From: Vicugna vicugna
Taxonomy: Eukaryota
Reading direction: 5' to 3'
Assembly (NCBI GenBank): GCA_013265495.1
Contig: MU058584.1
Span: forward strand, 4,904,508-4,968,507
DNA: 64,000 nt
Positions 12,403-23,835 of the stretch are shown here, piece by piece. Numbering within the stretch: the stretch's first letter is position 1; each line of letters begins with the position of its first letter. The notes beneath the pieces were generated by a model that saw only the letters and a list, made by a program, of their open reading frames with translations, was not told where the DNA came from and did no database searches. The translations under genes and the position numbers were made by a program.

Positions 12403-13469
12403 TAGAACCGCATTTCTTAAACTTCATTCCATAAAATGTAATGGTCTATATTATGAGAGGTCTTGAGAGGAAAAAAATCTTGGTTTGTAAGGTAAGGAAT
12501 GCCGCTTTTCAAATTTATTTGAGCATGAAAGTATCCCTTGTCCAACCTTCTTTCTACCTTTCTTTCATTCTCAGAAGACTTAGCTAATGGAGGTTTATTG
12601 TAGTTCAAAACCACGGTTGGAATTAGTGTCCCAATAGTAATCAATTAACGCCTCTTCCTCACACATATATAGAGTGTTAAGCGATAATTAATATAATGAA
12701 GCAATTCGGAGATGTTGTATAATGAACAATTACTTCCTGTTTTGCTCCAATTAATCTAATATGCCTGGCACAAGAAATAATCCAGAAGGTATAAGATATC
12801 AGAACAAATACATATTTGAAGAAATGCTCCTTGCTGCCAATAAATGCAGACTGAACCTCTGAATATCAAAGTAGTCTGTTTTGGTGAAAAATCAGAATAA
12901 TAGAGAATGTTGCAGCTCTTCTTTCTTGACGGGATTTCATCAACATCAAAATCATAAATCATTCCCTGGGGCAGTCAGATTACATATCTGTCTTTTTTCT
13001 TGAAATTTCATTAGTTCAGAATGATTGCAGTGTATCACACCTTTGCACATTACTTTATTGAATGTATTACCTATATTACTTGTAAGTTGTTCTGTATGTT
13101 CCATATATATGTGACATATATCATCTATCATATTATCTCTGTTTTTTTTTTTTTTTTGGTACAACTCTACTTAAAGTTCTGTGTTGTGGCAGGGATGTGC
13201 ATGTGATCTGGACGTGCAGTTTGTGGAGCAGTTTGAGCCACATGTGTCTGTGTTATTTGTCAAGTCAGTCTCCGTGGGAAGAGTAGACGTAAGGTTGGCT
13301 TCATTTTGCTTCTTACACTCTCCCACGCTACTAAATTTTGTTTTCTACTCTCTTGTAATTCCTGGCGACAATTGTAGATAGCCAAAAAAACAAACAAACA
13401 AAAAATCAGATGACCAATAATGGATGCTCCAATAAAGTACTCTGGCAACAAACTTGTGTCTGTTTAGAT

Positions 13470-13850
13470 CTCAGCTTTTCTGTCACCTCCTCCAGGAAGC
13501 TTTTCTACAAGACTGGGTCAACGGCTCCTCTAAGATGCTCCCATGGTATCCTCCTTCTATGGCTCGTTTTCTCCCATATTCCCATGTCTCTTTGTTTATT
13601 ACAGTCTGTCTCTCTTTCTCTCATCCCTTACAATAAGAAAGTTTCCATGTAAATTTTCACCCGTCTTGGTTTTTCCTCTTTATGAGAGGACTTACCTTGT
13701 CATACTGAAGATGTCTACTTGTCTGTGTCCCTCTCTACATAGGTTACAAGTTAGGTGAGGGCAGGAGCCATGACTGTCTGGTTCTTTATGGAACTCCCGG
13801 CAGCTAGCAGAGCAGATAGTCAATAAATGTGTCGAATATAATTGAGTTGG
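13470..13850 (+). mobile_element. L2 3' fragment
   Basis: 'tgtcacctcctccaggaagcttttct...gagggcaggagccatgactgtctggttc...gtcaataaatgtgtcgaat'. Confidence 0.65.
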
Positions 13851-14734
13851 ATTGACCCCTATTCTTGTAACTCTCTGGGCTGGTGCTGCCTTCTCCGTCT
13901 ACCAAATGAGATTTTGGGTTCAGTGACTTGCCCACGGAGCCACAGATAGTGTTTCTGGACTAGACTTCTCTACTGTATGTCCCCACAGGGCCTGAATCTC
14001 TTCCAAAGACACACAGCCTGAAGGGCTCTCCCTCTCTCCATTAAGGCATGTGTATGAACTTCTTCCAGATCCAGGTCTACATTCCACTCCTCCAGGACAC
14101 CTCTGTGAAATGTCCCAAGGAGCTTTGTTCCTATAACTAGCATCTTCTCAAGCTGCAGGGACTCATCTCCCCAGGAAACAGATGCAGTTGTGTGCTTGAC
14201 CACAGTTATTTTCTGGATAAGAATTATTCCGTGTATGGGCCAGCTATAGTGTCTTCCCTGATGACGAACCCAGAATGAACAAAGCATATAGGTCCAAAAC
14301 TCTCTAGTTTCCTTGATTTTCTGTTCATGTAGCTGTCAGTTATGAGCTCACCTAATCTTTCTTAATCTCTTTATATTTTTATACTATATCCAACATCCTT
14401 ATCTTTTTAAGGTGATAAATTTCCATGTATTTTTACTTGTCCTCAATTTACCCAGTTAATGCTTAAAGGACATTTTCTGGCTCTAGTCTGTTCTTACTAT
14501 GAAGGGTCTTGTGAGCTTAAAGAAGTGTCTTAACCTCTCTGAAGACTGGCTGAGGTAGTTGCTTTATGTCTCAGCTCAAAAACACTATGACTATCCTGCC
14601 GGTATTTGATTAACTTTGGTGATTTCCTGTGTTCTCAGTTTGTGGCCTGTATATTAATCATCTCTTGGATTGAGAGCCACAGTAATTACAATACTAAAAA
14701 TGTTGCTACCCCTGCATCTATTAACAAATAAAAT

Positions 14735-14965
14735 ATTTATTGAGTATCAGTTTGTGCCAAACACTATGCTAAGCACTTTATGTGCATTATCTCATCTGAT
14801 CTTTACAAGACACTACTTACCTGGTAAGTAGCATCCCCATCTCACAGACAAGGATACTGAGATTCAGAGAAGTTAAGTCACTTGCATAAGGTTGCAAAGT
14901 TGGTAAGGGCAGACACAGGGTCCATATTCAGAAATGTCTAATATTATAGTTAATTCTTTTAACTA
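14735..14965 (-). mobile_element. MIR SINE
   Basis: 'tgtgccaaacactatgctaagcactttatgtgcattatctcat...actgagattcagagaagttaagtcacttgcataagg'. Confidence 0.85.
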
Positions 14966-15214
14966 CTTACTTGATCTCATCAGAGGCTGACACTGGAAAC
15001 TTCATGGAGCCCATTATGGGGAGAATTTTGTTAAATTTCCCATCATCCACCCACCCAGGTCCACCTTTAAAAGAGTTACAATTCTCTTTCTGCCCCAAAA
15101 GTAGGCAGCCCTCAGTGACCGTGAGGCTTTTGGTTTCCACATTATGCCTGTCCCCTGCTTACCAAAGATCCTCTCCACTCACAGGAGCGCTTTCCTTCAA
15201 GTGGCAGATCAAGG

Positions 15215-15935
15215 AACTTTCAGGTCACCTTTTTCTCTCACACCCCACGTTCAATCCATTAAGAAATCCCATTGTCTTCATTTAAACATATGTCCAAATC
15301 TGACCACTTTCATCACGTCCACCTGCTGTCAGCCTGGTCCAACCCACCATCATCTTTCACCTGGATTATCGAGATAGCCTCTTGGTTTCCTCACTTGTCC
15401 ACATTTAGCTTTTTATAAACTCAGCAGTGATCTTTAAAATCATGTGCTAAAATACATGACCCCTGTACCCCCAAGCCCTCCTTTTTCTGACTAAAAGCCA
15501 AAGTCTTTGCAATAGCTTACAAGTCCCTTTGTAACCTACCCACACCGCCCCTTCCCTGAATTGCACCCACCTCACATGACTTCTCTGAACCTAAGTGGCT
15601 CTCTTCCCCTCCTCACCCCAGGTTAGACTCCTCAAGCACAGGAGATGCACCTGCCCAAGGCTTTCCCACTAACACTTTACTCTGCTTGGAAGTCTTTCTC
15701 AAGGTATCTCCACAGCTGTGGAGCTCAGCTCCATTCTTCCCCTGTATCTTTATTAACTGAAACATGCTACACAATTTCCTCATACATCATGTTGATTTCC
15801 TATGGTCTGTCTCTCCTCACTGGAGGGCAGGGATGGTGTGGTGTGTCATTGTTTACTAATACATTTTTTGTGTACCAAGAATAGTGCCCTGCTCACTGTA
15901 TGTGCTCAGTTGAAGGCTGTTGAATAAATGAAGCA
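15215..15935 (+). mobile_element. L2 LINE 3' region
   Basis: Pyrimidine-rich L2 body ('ccaccatcatctttcacctggattatc', 'taaaagccaaagtctt') ending 'gtgctcagttgaaggctgttgaataaatgaa'. Confidence 0.75.
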
Positions 15936-16084
15936 ATGACTGCTTAATTTTTACATTTTAGTCTGTTGTCTCCGCAGCACAGCACCAACAAGATTTGCAA
16001 AACAAGATTCAGGGAAGTCCAGATAATGTTTCTGCAGCATTTAGGGTCATGCTGTCTTCACAATATTAAAAAATTTTTTAAATT

Positions 16085-16352
16085 TTTATTTCTTTTTTTT
16101 TAATTCTTACTTTTTATTGAAGTGTAGTTGATTTACAATGTTAGTTTCATGTGTACAGCAAAGTGATTCATTTATACATACACATACATATGTTTATTTT
16201 CAGATTCTTTTCCATTACAGCTCATTACAAGAAACTGAATACAGTCCCCTGCTATACAGTAGTCCTTATTGTTTGTCTGTTTTATATGTAGTGATGTGTA
16301 TCTATTAATTCCAAACTCCTAATCTATCTCTCCCTCCACTTTTCCCCCTGGT
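16085..16352 (-). mobile_element. Artiodactyl-type L1 3' UTR fragment
   Basis: T-rich tail then 'ttgaagtgtagttgatttacaatgttagtttcatgtgtacagcaaagtgattca'. Confidence 0.85.
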
Positions 16353-16548
16353 AAAGATTTTTAAGATGGCCTTTTCTCCAGTTAGCCACTTTCTGGTTTG
16401 AAGAGTCATTATCTTGTCAAGCCTTTGTCTGATTTCAGCTCCGTACCCATCGGCATTTAGATAACAGCTTTCTGGACCCCACTTATTTTCCAAGGGAGTG
16501 GAGGCTCCAGATGTGGCAGCCTGGTCACTTACAAAGCTCATGCATGTA

Positions 16549-16808
16549 CTACTGACTCTTGAACAGTGTGGGAGTTAGAATGTCTGCACAGTGGAAAATC
16601 TGAATATAATTTATAGTCAGCCCTCCGTACACATGGTTCCTCTGTATCCACAGTTCCTCTGTCTGAGGTTTTGCATCTGCAGATTCAACCAACTGTGAAC
16701 CAGTTAGTACTGTAGTGTTTGCTATTGGGAAAAAAAATAAAATAAAATAAAAGCCTGAGTATAAGTGGATCTGTGCATTTCAAACCTGTGTTGTTCAAGG
16801 GTCAACTG
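16549..16808 (-). mobile_element. Tigger2-family (MER8-like) non-autonomous DNA transposon
   Basis: TIR 'tgttgttcaagggtcaactg' at right; degenerate TIR 'ctactgactcttgaaca' preceded by TA at left. Confidence 0.8.
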
Positions 16809-17444
16809 ACCTCGTGTCTCCAACAACACCCAGGAATCTGGTGGACCTTTGGCCCCAGCTGCATGGGCTTATAGTGTCCCGGATCCATTTTCTCAGGCCC
16901 TAGACGCATTTCTTGGATTGTAACTGATGGCTGGACCCATGAACCTGTAAATATAGTCTGATTTATGTTTCTGCCGGCTGCTTTTTTGCTTCTTCACACA
17001 GCTAGAAAAGAACATTCTGCAGTTTCCACCCATTTGGCATTTTCCTGGGAGAAATACTTAGCATCATTGGCAATCAGGAAATTGCAATGTGTACTCCACT
17101 TCGCATAGCTTTCATAAAAATGTTAACTAGGGCTTTCGCTGGCCCTCAGCCCCAAAGATGGCACTCCGCAGTTCTGCATCCACAGAAACATTTGTCTCTC
17201 CTTATCATTTTCTTCCCACGTCTAAGCCAGTTCCTTATACAAGGCCTTGTATCCTTTAGCAATTTATTTAAAAATACCTTTTGAGGTACAATTTTAAAAG
17301 CCTTCGAGAGTCTAAATCAAGTGTTTCTCTAAGTGCTACCTTATTCTTATAACTATCTTTCCAAAAAGCTCTAGTACAATTGAAACATGAGATAACAATG
17401 ATGGATAACTCATACATTTCCACAGCCGTTTACAGTTTATAATG

Positions 17445-17680
17445 CTTAGTGGGAAGGTCACAGCTTCTGGAGCCAGACAGATTGGAATTTGAAACCCCAC
17501 TTCAGTGTTTACTAACTTTGTAACTCTGAGTGCCTTATCTCACCTCTCAAAACCTACTTTCCCTCATCTTTACAAGGGCAGCAAGATCACCTTGAAGGCT
17601 TATCACATTGTGAAGATGGAGGGACGCTGCTTGGAGGGGGCTGAAGATGCGGAGCATGGGGCTAAGTGCTCAGTTAATGG
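17445..17680 (+). mobile_element. MIR SINE
   Basis: 'ttctggagccagacagattggaatttgaaacccc...ttccctcatctttacaaggg'. Confidence 0.7.
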
Positions 17681-17739
17681 GGAGGTCCTTTCCTTCCCTG
17701 TTTTCGCATAGACTATCCTGTTAACGATCTCGACTGCCT

Positions 17740-17995
17740 CTCCACACAGGGCTCTGTGTGGAAAAGAACCGTCTTAGCCTCATGGAGCTTGCATTTTAGA
17801 GGCGGGGACAGAAAATAAAAACGAAGCAAGAGACACGCAGGCAAGTAAACATATAGTACCAGACAGTGATGAGTGCTAAGAGGAGAAGCAGAGTAGGATG
17901 GCAGAGTAAGGACCAGGGTGAGGATGAGATGGGGGTAAGGAAGGGAGACTGTTTCAGACAGAGGACCAGAAAAGGTCATGGAATGAGTAGGAGGC
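17740..17995 (-). mobile_element. L2 fragment
   Basis: 'gcctcatggagcttgcattttagaggcggggacagaaaataaa...gacagtgatgagtgctaagaggagaa'. Confidence 0.7.
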
Positions 17996-20447
17996 AAACG
18001 TGAGATCCGAATCCTTGTATCTTGACTGTAGTCAACTGTTCACATTTAAGCGTTCAGTAAAGCCGCCCTTTCACGTTCCCCAGCTTGCCAGGTATGGGAG
18101 GGAGACACGGGGGGTCTTGAGTTTCCAGGGTCTCCTGAGAGTCCTTCTTAGCTGTGGAAGATGCCTTGGCTGTCCATTAGCCCTCAGCCCCTGGGACCAT
18201 GTGCGAAGACAGCAGTTCTGGGCGTTCATGATTGAAATGATCCTCTTCACTGCCCCCCCCCTCCTTTTTTGTCCCTCTAGAATTTCTTTACCACCAACAC
18301 CAAGGTGCCATGATCTGTCCTGTGGACCACTACAAACCCCTCCCACCTGGTCTGTGTATACCAGTTCCTGCTCCCTGCAGTATCCCTTGCACTTCTTCTG
18401 CAGCAGTGTTCGAGTGCTCACTTTCCCTGGAGAGGCTGCTCAGGTGGAAATGGCCGCAGGACTCTGTTTCTGAGGCCTGGACTCCAGCTTTGAGGATGTG
18501 AATCCAGATTCACCCTCCAAACACGTTTTTATTATTATCTTCATTCATCTTTCAAACTCCCAATTATCTCCATTATGTTTAAAGCATTTTATGAAAATGA
18601 AGGACAAAGGGATTTTTCAGAGATGAAGTTTTATCCTCCTTAATATTCCTCCATTCCCTTAATAACCAGATTACACTGAAAATTAACCTTTATGATACCA
18701 ATGAACATAGAAAAGTCTAAAAGAACACTCAAGATGGTTATTTGGAAGAATACTCTTAGTAAGCTATGCTAAATAATTCTGAAATATAGGTCAGGTTAGC
18801 TATATAAATATCTAAAACACATTCAGGCACTAAATGCTACTCATAAAAAATTAAGAGGAATTTAGAGTGGTTTTAAAGTTTGGTACAGATGACAAATTAA
18901 AAAAGAGCCATGTGGTAACAAATTTCATTTCTATATTTAATGTTGAAAAGTCACAGAAATCCCTTGGCCAATGATGGTGGAAAATTTAGACTTGGGCCTA
19001 AATGTTGAAATTCTAGTTATTCATAAAAGGTCAAGAATGTACTTTAAAAATTATGATTCAATTATTCAAATGAGGTCAAGAATGTTCTAAAAGATTGGGA
19101 AGAACTATTACTACCTGGTTTTATTGCAGTACTAAAGTCAGTGATATTTTATGTTAATTATTTCCTTTCCTTGACCTGATTTAATGGGTTAGAAAGTTCT
19201 CCATTTGGCCACCTGTCTTGATGGAATGAAATCAACTATATTGGATACTCCTGTGTTTTATCTCCTCAGTGTACACGTGAACATCAGGAAGACAAGATTT
19301 TAAAAGGTGATGGTTATGAATTGAGTTCTTTGGAGCAAGAATCATATATACATTTTTTACTTATTGCATAATTTAAGTAAGTTAGTAGGGAAAACAAGAT
19401 TTGGGACAATGATGATTTGAAGAGAAAAATATATTCTCAAGCTCTTTGTATGCTAATAATGATTTGCTAATTGCAAATCATGTTTATTTATTCATTAAAG
19501 CACTTTCTTTAAGGACTGTTAGTAGATTACACTTTATCAACCTCACATATTCTTTTGTATGTCTGTGAAAATAATGACACTATATTTCTTCAAAAAATAT
19601 TTTGTTGTTCAGACTTTTTGCTAACCAGGTGGGTCTTCTCCTGGTTTGGTACATTTTGGAGATTAGATTCTGGTAAATAACCTTGTTCATAAAAGCCACA
19701 CTTTTAAATCATTTCATTTTCCTGTGGTTTCCAGGAAAAAAAAAATGAAACCTTCACAGTAAGAAAGTCAACATCCTTGGAGGCGCCAGTGTTCTTGTAA
19801 CATTTCCGTTGGCTTGGGGAAGAGAAGCATAATCTATCTCCCTCCCGAGCATCTGCTTAATTTTACACCAAATACCTTATGTTTGGTGACAACTTCCTTT
19901 GCTCATTGTGTCTTTTAACTCCAAATTCCCAACTTTTAACAATTTGCTTGAAAACAATGAAAAAGAACAAGCAACTTGCCTTTAAAAGTCTAGCATTTAT
20001 TCTTTATGGCATGCCATTTTCAAAAACAGAACCCATGTTTAGTGTCGTGGCTGAGGCAAAGTTGTACAAGTCCAACCTTTCAGTTCTGTATGTGCCTGAG
20101 AAAGGTAGTTTCAGAGACATCAGAGAAATGACAAATTCAAATGAACCACTTACTTAATGTTACCAGTAGATATATTTTTCAATTACAATTTTATTTGCCC
20201 TGTATTGAATATAAGTACTTCTTTCTATTAAAATCTTTATTATAAAAGAATCTGATTTCACTGTGGTATATGCATTTGTATTCAATTAAAAAAATTGCTT
20301 AGCTTAACTTTCTAAACTTTCTAATGAGTAGGGTCTGTCCAACAGAGAAATTAGAATGCCGCTCTGGGAAAAGTAAGGGCCTTATGTGTGTAGACTCCAG
20401 TCTAGTTTTTGCTAGAGCAAGAGAGCACTCCACTGAGATGGGGGTTA

Positions 20448-20487
20448 GTTTAGTTTTGTGTTATTTTTTTCCTAGGGAAATCTCCAC
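20448..20487 (+). repeat. Copy 1 of an exact 40-bp dispersed direct repeat
   Basis: gtttagttttgtgttatttttttcctagggaaatctccac, identical to 22512-22551. Confidence 0.95.
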
Positions 20488-20715
20488 CCCTGGAGACGGT
20501 TCTGTTCATTCGCTAATGAGCTACATAACCATGAGCAAGCTGCTTCTTTATCTCTATATCTATCCCATTATGAATCTAATTAATTTTAGATAAGTTTTGA
20601 TGGCGTAAAATAATGGCTCTAGATATGGTCCCTTTCCTCCTCACACCCACTGGTTGCTTCAGAGTTTGCTTCCATGTGGTTGTCAATCAACCTTGCTTAC
20701 GTTGGCAAACAAGTA

Positions 20716-20930
20716 CATCTGACCCTTGAGCAACATGGGGTTGAACTGCTTGGGTCCACTTATACGGGATTTTTTCAACAGTAAATACTACAGTGCTGTG
20801 TCATCCACGGTTGGTTGGATCCACCGATGCAGAAGAACTATGCATACAGGGCCTACTATAAACTATATATACATTTTTGACCACAGGGAGGGTTTGTGCC
20901 CCAACCCCCGTGTTGTTCAAGGGTCAACTG
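20716..20930 (+). mobile_element. Tigger2-family (MER8-like) MITE
   Basis: TA then 'catctgacccttgagcaacatggggttgaactgcttgggtccacttata'; 3' TIR 'tgttgttcaagggtcaactg'. Confidence 0.88.
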
Positions 20931-21171
20931 TGATCAGACAAGAGCATCTTGGTACTTTACCTTCATCATCATGTCTAGCTGCTCCTTTTTCAGTGTTGAA
21001 GAGATCTGTATTATTAAGGTTTGGTGGCATAATATTAAGAGGTTGAATTAGCTGTCATAACATGATTTTTCAAACACAAAGTATTTATTGAGTACTTACA
21101 ATGTTAAGACGACTAGAAATTCATTATTAAAAAAAACAGATTTGAGTCTCATTGCAAAGTGTCTACCACCT

Positions 21172-21312
21172 GGGAGAAGGAATAGCGCAGTGGTAGAGTG
21201 CATGCTTAGCGTGAACAAAGACCTAGGTTCAATCCCCACCACTTCCATTAAAAAAAAAATAGATAAATAAGTCAGCCTAATTGCCTTCCCCTACAAAAAA
21301 AAAAGAAAAAAC
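21172..21312 (+). mobile_element. Camelid tRNA-derived SINE (vic-1-like)
   Basis: Pol III A box 'tagcgcagtggtagag', B box 'ggttcaatccc', A-rich tail. Confidence 0.85.
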
Positions 21313-21412
21313 CAAATTCATCCCTTCCCACCGTTTCCCCCAGCAAACATGGGATTGCTTACTCTGTCTGCGAGTCTGTATCTGTTTTGTAGATGAGTTC
21401 ATTTGTGTCTTC
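21313..21412 (-). mobile_element. Short L1 3' UTR fragment
   Basis: 'tgtctgcgagtctgtatctgttttgtagatgagttcatttgtgtc' resembles the other L1 3' UTRs in this window. Confidence 0.7.
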
Positions 21413-21414
21413 TT

Positions 21415-22052
21415 GCTTTCACTTCAGATGCCAGCCACAAGTTTGGGAGTCCCTAAGCCACCTACACTTCTGAGCAACTGGCTACAAATTAGGGGTTCCT
21501 AGGACCCCCTCAGGTTTGATATTTCCTACAACAACTCACAGAATTCAGAAAAATACCACAATTATGATTACAGTTTTATCATAAATGATACAAATCAGGA
21601 CCAGCCAAGTGAGTGACTTCTTGGGTGAGGTTTCCACATGCGAAGCCTTCACTGTCCTCTCCTTATGGAGTCAGGGCATGGTCCCCTCAGCACACTGATG
21701 TGTGTCACCAGCCGAGAAGCTCCCCTGAGACCCTGCTCAAGATTTTTATTGAGGCTTCATTAAATGGATGTGACTAATTAAATCATTGTGATTAGGGACA
21801 CTCTCCAGCTCCCTTCCCTCTCCAGTGGCAGGGAGGTTGGGCTGATAACATGTGGCTCAAAGCCCTGACTCTCTAACCACGTGGCTGGGCTTTCTGGCAT
21901 GATGATCCCCCAGCCTGAGTCAACTCCTTGGCATCAAATCAGAGGTGTTTCAGGCTCCCCTCATCCCCCATGAATAGTAGACGCTCCTGTCACTTGGCTT
22001 AGAACACTCAGTCCCAGCAAACTGGGACATAGATCAGACAGATTATTACACA
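21415..22052. mobile_element. MER21-family ERVL LTR
   Basis: 'cacttctgagcaactggctacaaattaggggttcc...ctcaggtttgatatttcctacaacaactcacagaattcagaaaa' resembles the recalled MER21 consensus. Confidence 0.72.
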
Positions 22053-22511
22053 GCAGTGGGAAACAAAATATCCTCAATTGACAGGTGACACTGAGGCAGA
22101 AGTAATGACCTAAGTGTCACAAGGTTGAATAGTAATGGAGCCAGAACTCCAGTCCTGGACCTCTGACTTCACATCTTGGTCTCTCTCCACTGCACCTCGA
22201 TGGCTCTCCTACAGAAAGAGCAATTTTGCATTGCTATTGTCATTATATTCTTAGAACTCCTTTGAGTAGCCGAATTTGACTTGACTGTTCGCCTGAGAAT
22301 CATGATCACTGTTCCCAGTGGTTATTAAAAGCTACTCCTCTTTTGGTCTGTGGCCGGTTGGTGCAGAGAGTATGGGGTTGACAGCTCACTGACCAGGACA
22401 CCCATTGTATGACAGGTACACAAAGTTTTGCAGACTTTGAAGGTCAGATGCATGCCAGAGCTGCTGTCTCTGTTGAACCCTGGGGAGCAACAGAACAAAG
22501 AATTCATAAAT

Positions 22512-22551
22512 GTTTAGTTTTGTGTTATTTTTTTCCTAGGGAAATCTCCAC
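22512..22551 (+). repeat. Copy 2 of the exact 40-bp dispersed direct repeat
   Basis: Identical to 20448-20487. Confidence 0.95.
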
Positions 22552-22589
22552 TCAAGATTAGAGCATTTGTCATTGGATGGATATCTACA

Positions 22590-23298
22590 CAGTTAACCCT
22601 TAAACAACATGAGGGTTGGGGTGTTGACATCCCCCTACATCCCATGCATTTGAAAATCCAAGTATAACTTTTGATTTCCCAAAACTACTAATAGGCTACT
22701 GTTGATCAGAAGTTTTACTGGTAATCTAGTCAATTAATACACATTTTGTGTGTTTTATGTATTACACACTGTATTCTTACAATAAAGTAAGCTAGAGAAA
22801 AGAAAATGTTATAAAGAAATTCATAAGAAAGTGAAACTACATTCACAGTACTATATTGTCTTTATTACTACACTAGACTTCAAAAATGAAAAGATAATGT
22901 AGAAAAGAGATTCACATTTATTTACAGATACAATGACTCATGGATTGATAATGAAGCAGCAGCAATAGGATTGCTTTATGATAACCTAGTGCAATGGATG
23001 GTGCCATGTACAGTAGGCAAGTGTTTGGGTAAATTTTGATAAATTTTCACTTTTTGTAATAGATTTGTGTGTATTTTATGGAGGTAAATGATAAATAGAC
23101 TAATATATACACATTTTTTATGTGTTCATAATTTATCTTTTTCTTAATTTTTCAATATTTCTAGGCTGTATGGTTCATCTGCTGGTTTTTTTCAAATTGC
23201 CACAAATCTCCAATGTTTTTTCCAATACATTTATTGAAAAAAGTCTGTGTGTAAATGGACCTGTGCAATTCAGACCCATGTTGTTCAAGGGTCAACTG
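22590..23298 (-). mobile_element. Tigger2-family DNA transposon, internally deleted (~710 bp)
   Basis: TIRs 'cagttaacccttaaacaac' and 'gttgttcaagggtcaactg'; internal 'ttcttacaataaagtaagctagagaaaagaaaatgttataaagaaattcataag'. Confidence 0.88.
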
Positions 23299-23644
23299 TG
23301 TGGGTATGTCTAGTCTACCCATCTAATCCCGCCTCTCTCTCTCTCCCATTCTCTCCCTAAATCATCTTCCTATTGGCAAGTTTTCAGCAGCCCTGCAGGC
23401 TGAATGCTGCTGTGGCCTGTTTCTAATGGCGAGGAAGGAGGTACAGGTAAAGTTAAAGATCCCAGGCATGGCTAAAATACAAACTGATGATTTTTTGGAC
23501 ATTGCATCTTTCTCCCTCCCTAGTCCCACCCCTCAACCCCCTGCCCAGTTCTTCTTATTCCCTTCTTCTTTTGTAGTTTTCAGAGTGCCTTTTTACTTCT
23601 TTTCCTACATGGGGACATCATCCCAGTTATATAACACTTCCCAC

Positions 23645-23835
23645 CTGGCAGGCACGACTCCATGTGCGTTATATCTAATGACACCCGTGATCCCTATTAT
23701 TTTTATCTCTATTGTACGTGTGAGCAAGTGATGCAGAGAGATGCTGAGTGGACTTTCCAGGGTCTTTCAGCTCATTAATAGCAGATCTGGGCTTCAAACC
23801 TTAGCATCCAGATGCCCGAGTCCTTACTATCAACT
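23645..23835 (-). mobile_element. MIR SINE
   Basis: Degenerate antisense MIR ('cagagagatgctgagtggactttccagggtc...ctgggcttcaaacc'). Confidence 0.6.

Noticed and set aside
12132..12413. 93-aa ORF as a host gene
   Set aside because: It is the C-terminus of L1 ORF2p in a 5'-truncated copy with no promoter.
18000..18473. 157-aa ORF with an antisense 116-aa ORF
   Set aside because: GTG start, no recognisable domain and no coding-like features.
20448..22551. 40-bp direct repeats as a CRISPR array or an LTR pair
   Set aside because: Only two copies, 2 kb apart, in mammalian DNA; no spacers, cas genes, TG...CA ends or retroviral internal sequence.
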